This document shows positions 56,768 through 64,000 of a DNA stretch of 64,000 nt, in pieces. The stretch is from assembly GCA_951406725.2 (NCBI GenBank), contig OX597825.1:74152001-74216000 (forward strand). Reading direction: 5' to 3'. The notes beneath the pieces are model-generated. The model did no database searches and was not told the origin of the DNA. It was given only the letters and a program-made list of their open reading frames with translations. Within the stretch, counting starts at the first letter, position 1; each line of letters starts with the position of its first letter. The position numbers and the translations under genes were made by a program. Origin of the DNA: Octopus vulgaris (taxonomy: Eukaryota).

Positions 56768-57418
56768 TATATATATATGTATATATATATATATTTCTAT
56801 ATATATATATTTAACCAAGAATATGATAATCGATTCATACCTTGCATTGGTCTAACGAAAAGTAAGCATTTTGTTTTTGATTTTACGTTTACATCTTGGC
56901 CCTCAATAGATCGTCATTGGCGTCACCGCCATTAACACCTACGCCATCGTCAACCTTATCGTCATAGCCATCCTCATCAATTCATAATCAACTGTATCAA
57001 AACAAAAGATCGTTATCCCTTATCACCGTGTAATCTCAATATATTCCCACTATCACTATTATAAACACTATTATTATAGTCTTACGTGTATTATCTGCTA
57101 GCCTGCCTAACAATCTTATCAACAACACCTTATCAATGTATCTTCGTATCTTACATCGTATTAACATCATCATCATCATCCATTCTCCCCGCCCCACTGG
57201 TCTTTCTCTTCTTTCTTCGTCATCCTCGCAGCAACAGTAGCAGCAGCAGCAACAGCAGCAGTAGCAATGCTCTTCTAAATTTCATTTAATTCGTCAGCTT
57301 CGATTGCTCTTTATAAATTGTCGTAGTCTTTTTTTCTAATTTCACGGAGTCGTGTTAATTATTATTTCTCTGTCTCACTGTCTGTCTGTCTGTCTGTCTC
57401 TGTCTGTCTCTCTCTCTC

Positions 57419-57472
<54 letters not shown>

Positions 57473-58355
57473 ACACATACATACGCACACATTTATAATC
57501 GTCATTTCTACTGTGTACAATGAGACCTGAAGTAGTAATTTACATATTCATCCTGAACACGTTCCGGCAGATTCGAACGCAGATACTCAGTTCGCTGTTT
57601 TGTACATCACGAGAGAACATATTTTCCCTTTTGCCCAGACTTTATACGTTCATAACGCTCTGAGTTCATTGGCACAAGGAATTCTTATCATTACTGTTAC
57701 GACGCGCAATGTCTCGTCAGCCAGTAGTATATGTGCGCAGGTAAAAAGAAGGGCTCCTCCTGACAGACCGCACTGTGGTTCTTTGACAGCTCCCCAGCGG
57801 GACTGAACCCGGAAGCATATGGCTGGGAATCCATGCCGGCCAGTTCAATATCGAAATCCTACCTCAACTAAAAACCCTTATATTGCATCTGATATTAGTA
57901 CAATTTATATTTTTCATGTAGTCTCCAATGAACAATGCCCGTAATGCTCAGTTGAATGTTCATTGGAACGTCGTATTCTATTTAAGCATGTTTATTGCAT
58001 TCGCTCACTGAGCGGCTTTCTTTTTCACTTTCCATAACGTTGTATACATACGTAAAGATAATTCAGCGTTCTTACCATATATGCGACATTTACCATAGTT
58101 TGTTTTATGTCATAAGACCTAAGTAACTCTGGTAACTGGAACAAATTGGGGTTGTGCATCATATATATGACGCAGGGGCAGCATAGAAATATGTCTGGAG
58201 ATAATGTGATGCACAAGACAGTTAAAAGATTAAGATTTCAAAAATGAGATAAAAAACACATAGATTTATAAAATATATTTCAAACAATCTCTTTGCGAGT
58301 TCGTTGCTATGAATTCTCTACGAGGTCGTATGACCAACTATTTTATTATTTCTCC

Positions 58356-58430
<75 letters not shown>

Positions 58431-58433
<3 letters not shown>

Positions 58434-58656
58434 GGTTATTCGGAAAGTTCGTACCGATTTATAGTAGCTTACCTTTCGACTTACACTCCCAGGCACCGCA
58501 ATTCTGGGAAGAGGGTATTTTCAAGTTAGAGGAAAGATGGTGACGCATTGTGCAACAAAATGGTTCATATTTGGTTGATTAAAAATGTAATGGCAAGTAT
58601 TTATTGACCTTTTTCTTTCCTTTAAAAATCGGCAGGAACTTTCCGGACTGTCCAAT
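58431..58656 (+). mobile_element. Internally deleted mariner (MITE-like, ~225 bp)
   Basis: Imperfect TIRs ttggttattcggaaagttcgtaccgattt and aaatcggcaggaactttccggactgtccaa, flanked by TA. Retains the C-terminus FWEEGIFKLEERW*RIVQQNGSYLVD*. Confidence 0.85.
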
Positions 58657-59581
58657 ATATACAAATATATATCGTTCTATGGCCATTTATCTGTAGACAA
58701 CCAGCCATATAGATATATAACTACAGAAAATGCAGCTGGGTCGATTATTTTGATATTTCATTTGTTTCTCTCTAGATGTAGAGGCGTTTAATTTGTTGAT
58801 GTGATAGTTAATAGGCTGTTTGAAAATATATTGATAAACATTTATTAATTTTTAATACGTAGCTGACCTGAGCAGATTAATCATGTTATTCCCTGTTTCC
58901 AATAACAATATGAAGGTCGTTTATATAAATGACAGTTAATAAAGGTCCCAAAAATAAACAGACAAAAAGCGAAAAGAAAACAAATATACACTCATAGGAA
59001 ACGGCTTTTATTGATATCAAATATATTGGATTTGAAAATAATTACAGACACAATAATTCTTCAAATTTGTTGTAATTAGACCGTGAACTTCTCATTACGC
59101 TACTCTTCTAATTGGCTAATGTCGGAAAAATAACCTTATGACTCACATCAAATATATATAGCGAAAGAAAAAAGTTACTTGTCGGTAGAGATGTGTGTGT
59201 GTATGTGTGTGTGTGCATGTACATGCATGTATTAAGTACAAGAATGATTGTAATATATGCATTTCTGAGAATGTATTGAATATATGTCGAATATATTGAC
59301 CAATACGGCTTCCATTTTAAATAATAGTTTCGAGGAAATAGCTTTCTTGTGCCACGAATCGAAACATTTGAAACACTTTGTGGGTATATGTTCCAGCAAG
59401 TCTCTTTCTCTCCCTTTCTCTTTTCCCTACACACACACACACACACGCATAGACAGACATATATAGACGCATACATATATGTAAATGAACTTATAAATGT
59501 ACTAATGTATAAATATATGCGTATGTCACTATACATCTGTCTGTGTATATGTTTATATATACAGGTATATGCATGAGTGTG

Positions 59582-59632
<51 letters not shown>

Positions 59633-59647
59633 GTATATGTATGTATG

Positions 59648-59763
<116 letters not shown>

Positions 59764-59826
59764 GTCACTAAACTGGCAGAGGGCACAAAATGGTACCAGC
59801 ATTGCTAGAAATAAAAGTCAAAACGA

Positions 59827-60254
59827 CTCATTATCCCAAGAACTTTATCTTTATAAACTGACAAGGGAGATAAAACTCGCTACGGTCGCAGATATAGTCA
59901 TATCCCGTGATTTCAAATTTTGATACTGAGCATCTTAATTCTCGTCAGTGGCTCTTACTGCACCTAGGGTTAATCTCAATTCACCTCGTCAACTAATATG
60001 AAATAATATTAGCGTTTTGAAAATAATATTAGCGTTTTGAAAATAATATTAGTGTTTTGAAATCAGTATATGCTTTCGACAGTGTTACTTATAAGTTGAC
60101 AAGGGAGGGTTGAGCTTAACCCTAGGCGCAGTAAGAGCCACTACGAGAATTAAGCTGCTCTGCATCAAAATTCGAAATCAGGTAATATGGCTATACCTGC
60201 GACCGTAGGGAGCTTTGTCTCTTTTGTCATCTTATTAAGATAGTGGCTAATGAG
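59827..60254. repeat. Foldback element: ~160-bp imperfect inverted arms around a 3x20-bp tandem repeat
   Basis: ctacggtcgcag...gtggctcttactgc.cctagggttaa...gtcaact pairs with agttgac...ttaaccctagg.gcagtaagagccac...ctgcgaccgtag. The centre holds (aaataatattagcgttttga)x3 at 60001-60060. Confidence 0.88.
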
Positions 60255-61313
60255 ATTCACAGGAGAGCAAGGGAGAAAGGGAGATAATAAAGTAGTGGTG
60301 ATCCCAAAACGAAGGTGCGCGTTTGTGTGCATAAGAGAGTTTGTATGTGCGTGTGGAAGAGGGCTGGTGATCTTGACGGGAACGTGTTTGTATGTGCTGG
60401 TGTATGTATGCATATACGAGTGAATGGACAAACGAAAGAAGAGCATTCAACCAATTTATTGGAAGTTACGTGGATGGATCAAAACAGTTTGATTCAAGTT
60501 CTTTGTTACTCTGGAGTTTGAAGCGCGAGGCTAGTCGTCAGCCATTTTGAATTTGTATGACAGAAAGTGATTGTTATTACCGTAAGGTAGGTTGCGAGTG
60601 GGGGAGGGTGTGGTCACGCGGTGTTGTGGCTGGATGTTGGTATATATGTAACAGCTAGTTTGAAAATACGGCATTGCGAACAGGAAATTGACCACGTGGA
60701 TGACAGGAAATAGTCTATAAATCAGACAGGTTGATGGGGGAGAAGTTGGTAGGAGCGGCATGTGCAAGTATATAGTTCTATATGTGGCTGTGCAAACGCG
60801 TTCATATGGTTTTGCGTTCATGTGTATATTGATGCGAGTGTGCGCATCTGTCCATAGGTACGCACGCGTACGTCTGCACATACACATACACACACACGAT
60901 TGGACCAATACGGACGCGCGCATACGCACACATGCACACACGTACAAGTACGCACGCATACGCACACACACACACAGACATGGGCGCACATACACGCATG
61001 CACACATATGCATATTCGTTCACATGTACATATGTATATTCACATGTATGTACATATGTATATCAGTGTGCGCACCCACACGCTCTCAAGGAAAAGCTAA
61101 GAGCATTAGATTCCTTGGAAGAAAGCAGACGGAAAAAAGAAAACGGAGAATGTTACACAAATACAAATAACATGACATAACAACAGGTGTCTTTCGACTA
61201 AGGACGAATTCAATTAAGCTGGCATGTGTTGAATTAAAGCCTTACGGCAGGGGTACAAGAGTTCACGGGCACAGGGAGGAATATACATGTTGCACGGACG
61301 ACGGCCGAACGAA

Positions 61314-61380
<67 letters not shown>

Positions 61381-61419
61381 CATACATATATATAGTATAT
61401 GTACACACGCTTATACACA

Positions 61420-61570
61420 CACAATATGAGTTTGTTTCAGTTTCTGTCGACTAAATCCAGATGCACAAGACTTTGGTCGGTCCAAGCTGCTACTGCAGGG
61501 CAATGGGACTAAAACCCAGACCCCATGCTTGGGAAGCAATCTTCTCAACCACAAACCCCATGCCTGCGCC
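61420..61570 (-). mobile_element. SINE family A, degraded 5' half
   Basis: tttcagtttctgtcgactaaatcc...ctttggtcgg...cttctcaaccacaaaccccatgcctgcgcc. Confidence 0.65.
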
Positions 61571-61639
61571 TCTCGTAATCGCTTGATTGAGTTGATCTGA
61601 TATTGTAGCTTCAGCGACCGTGTAGTCAGTAAATTTGCG

Positions 61640-61650
61640 TGTATATATGT

Positions 61651-61741
<91 letters not shown>

Positions 61742-61764
61742 TATATATTTGCTTTCATATATAC

Positions 61765-61795
<31 letters not shown>

Positions 61796-61811
61796 TCTTT
61801 ATATATTTGCT

Positions 61812-61847
<36 letters not shown>

Positions 61848-61912
61848 TATATATTTGCTTTCATATATACATATACATATATATATATATATATATCTTT
61901 ATATATTTGCTA

Positions 61913-61954
<42 letters not shown>

Positions 61955-62095
61955 GTATATATATAAAAACATAGGTGAGTATCCATGCATATACTTACAG
62001 ATATGTACGCATGTGTATATGTGTATATACGTATGTAATATATGCATGCGTATATGTAATACGTGCGTGTGTGTGTGTGTGTATGCATGTATGTG
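61640..62095. repeat. (TA)n-rich block with repeated tatatttgct unit
   Basis: Seen directly. Confidence 0.9.
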
Positions 62096-62689
62096 TGAAT
62101 ATAACCATTGCTTAAGTCCAATCCTATTATAAATACGAAGAAAACTTGAAACGAATGTTGAGTTATAATTTGTTTCTCATTATTTTTTTTCACATTATTC
62201 TCTTCGTTCACACGCTTAAAGTATGGAACATTTTGAGCAGACGTAACACTGAAAGGAGCGCAGAAACTATTAGAAACAAAACAAGAATCATCTTTGAAAG
62301 TCTATTTAAATACAAATACATTTATTGATCTGTGACAAAGAAATACGTAAGCCTAAGAATACTTAGAAATAATATTGTTTCATTTATATAACCACAACGT
62401 ACCTACTTATTTTCAAAATAAACTATCGTTAATCAATGCTTTAACAAAAGAATATATATTTACTAAATAGGATTGGCTATAGGCATATGTTTTTAAGCTG
62501 CCACGACTATTTAACTCGTCGCCATTTTAAAATATAATTTTAAAACTGTCCCAACAATTATATCTTCAACTATATGACGATTTGCCAAATCGAAACAGAA
62601 AAATATTAATAAATAAACTATGATTCCTAACAAAGGCACATGGTGTAGATGGTAGGTTCTTCATTGAAGCCCAATATTTGATTTCGAAG

Positions 62690-63096
62690 TTGTCGAGCTG
62701 GCAGAAACGTTAGCACGCCGGGCGAAATGCTGGGCGGTATTTCGTCTGACGTTACGTTCTGAGTTCAAATTCCTCCGAGGTCGACTTTGCCTTTCATCGA
62801 TAAATTAAGAGCCAGTTACTCATTGGGGTCAATGTAATCGACTTAATCCCTTTGTCTGGCCTTTTTGTCCCCTCTGTGTGTTGCCCCCTTATGAGCAATA
62901 AAGAAATAAGAAACGTTAGCACGCCGGGCGAAATGCTTAGAGGTGTTTCATCTGTCTTTACGTTCTGAGTTCAAATTCCACCGAGGAGGACTTAGCCTTT
63001 CATCCTTTTCGGGATCGATAATTTAAGTACCAGTTGTGTACTGGGGTCGATCCAATCGACTGCCCCCCACTCCGAAAATTTCGAGCCTTGTGCCTA
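62690..63096 (+). mobile_element. Head-to-tail SINE B dimer (B1-tail copy then B2-tail copy)
   Basis: The first unit ends gcaataaagaaata at about 62908. The second starts agaaacgttagcacgcc and ends ttcgagccttgtgccta. Confidence 0.85.
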
Positions 63097-63789
63097 TTTG
63101 CCCTCTATAAAATGATGATAACTCTGCTAAAGTGTATTTATTTACAGACATGATTCTCATAGGCTTTACCTTTATTCTATGCGGACTGTGTTGTCTTTCA
63201 TACAGTCAGAGGTATGCTGAATTATTCCTATGTCACTCCAGCTTTAAACACAGCAACGACGTATATATCGTCATCACACATTCTCGAGAATTGGTTGTAA
63301 GAGAGTTAGGCTATTTATATACATATTACTCCTTTTGTCAGCAATCGCTTTCGTTTCCATTGAAATTCTTAATAAAAACATTCTTTAATTTGGTAGTATT
63401 AGCATTCATGGACGTATGGCTTGCAGGCTTCAAGGTCGAACAACATTGTGGCCAAGACGTTACCTGGGACTATTTTTGTTGTCAAAATTATTTTGCTTAA
63501 GATTAAACAAGTTGCTTTATCTCATACTAATAGCTATGTACATAAAATTGTACTCAGAGTTTTACTGACATCCACAAGAATAACTGTAACATAGCAAAGT
63601 ACAGACCAGCGTCAAAAGCTATCTTATAGTGTTGCCATACTGACGCTAGACATCAGCGCGATGTTGCTTCACTGCTTATGGATAACCTAATTGATGAAGA
63701 GTTGTTTGACAAGACCCAAAACTGCATTTTTCTCTCTACCTTCTCATTTTCCATAATGTTGCACAAAAATACACGTTTGATATTGGAAA

Positions 63790-63790
<1 letters not shown>

Positions 63791-63865
<75 letters not shown>
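63791..63865. repeat. (AAT)n microsatellite
   Basis: Seen directly. Confidence 0.97.
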
Positions 63866-64000
63866 TTCTATGTAATCTCAAGTTTTAAAACAAACATTAT
63901 TTTCTTATAGTTTCTTAAACATTCTCTAGAACAACACTAAGTACAAAACCAAATATATAGCACCCTAGGCCTAACACCAACATGAACTTCCAACTTGTTG

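Noticed and set aside
60001-60062. CRISPR-like direct repeats
   Set aside because: The three 20-bp units abut with no spacers, the context is eukaryotic, and there are no cas genes.
60530-60560. YY1-like gccattttg motif as a promoter
   Set aside because: It is a single short motif; the minus-strand ATG is followed by a stop after four codons, and no gene is associated.

Overview
Eukaryotic, AT-rich, repeat-dominated DNA with no host protein-coding gene that I can support. Nearly all ORFs in the track are read-throughs of microsatellites ((TA)n, (CA)n, (GATA)n, (GTAT)n, (GAT)n, (AAT)n). The microsatellite load and the tRNA-headed SINE families resemble an octopus/coleoid genome; this is inference from repeat style. 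The window holds at least four SINE families (here labelled A-D) in many copies. It also has decayed mariner/Tc1 transposase fragments, a 407-bp MITE with 28-bp TIRs and an 8-bp TSD (Merlin-like), a non-autonomous Helitron, a pogo-like end, a LINE ORF1-like relic and three Penelope-like (PLE) GIY-YIG endonuclease relics. The most notable hidden layer is about ten type I hammerhead-ribozyme-like motifs. Two look structurally near-intact (26326-26411 and 30424-30492, both minus strand), and two sit in a diverged ~301-bp tandem dimer that resembles a retrozyme or pLTR repeat. Other points of interest are SINE 3'-tail swapping, a candidate partner-LINE 3' end, and several long foldback hairpins. 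Coordinates were read by eye; ends of degraded elements are approximate.
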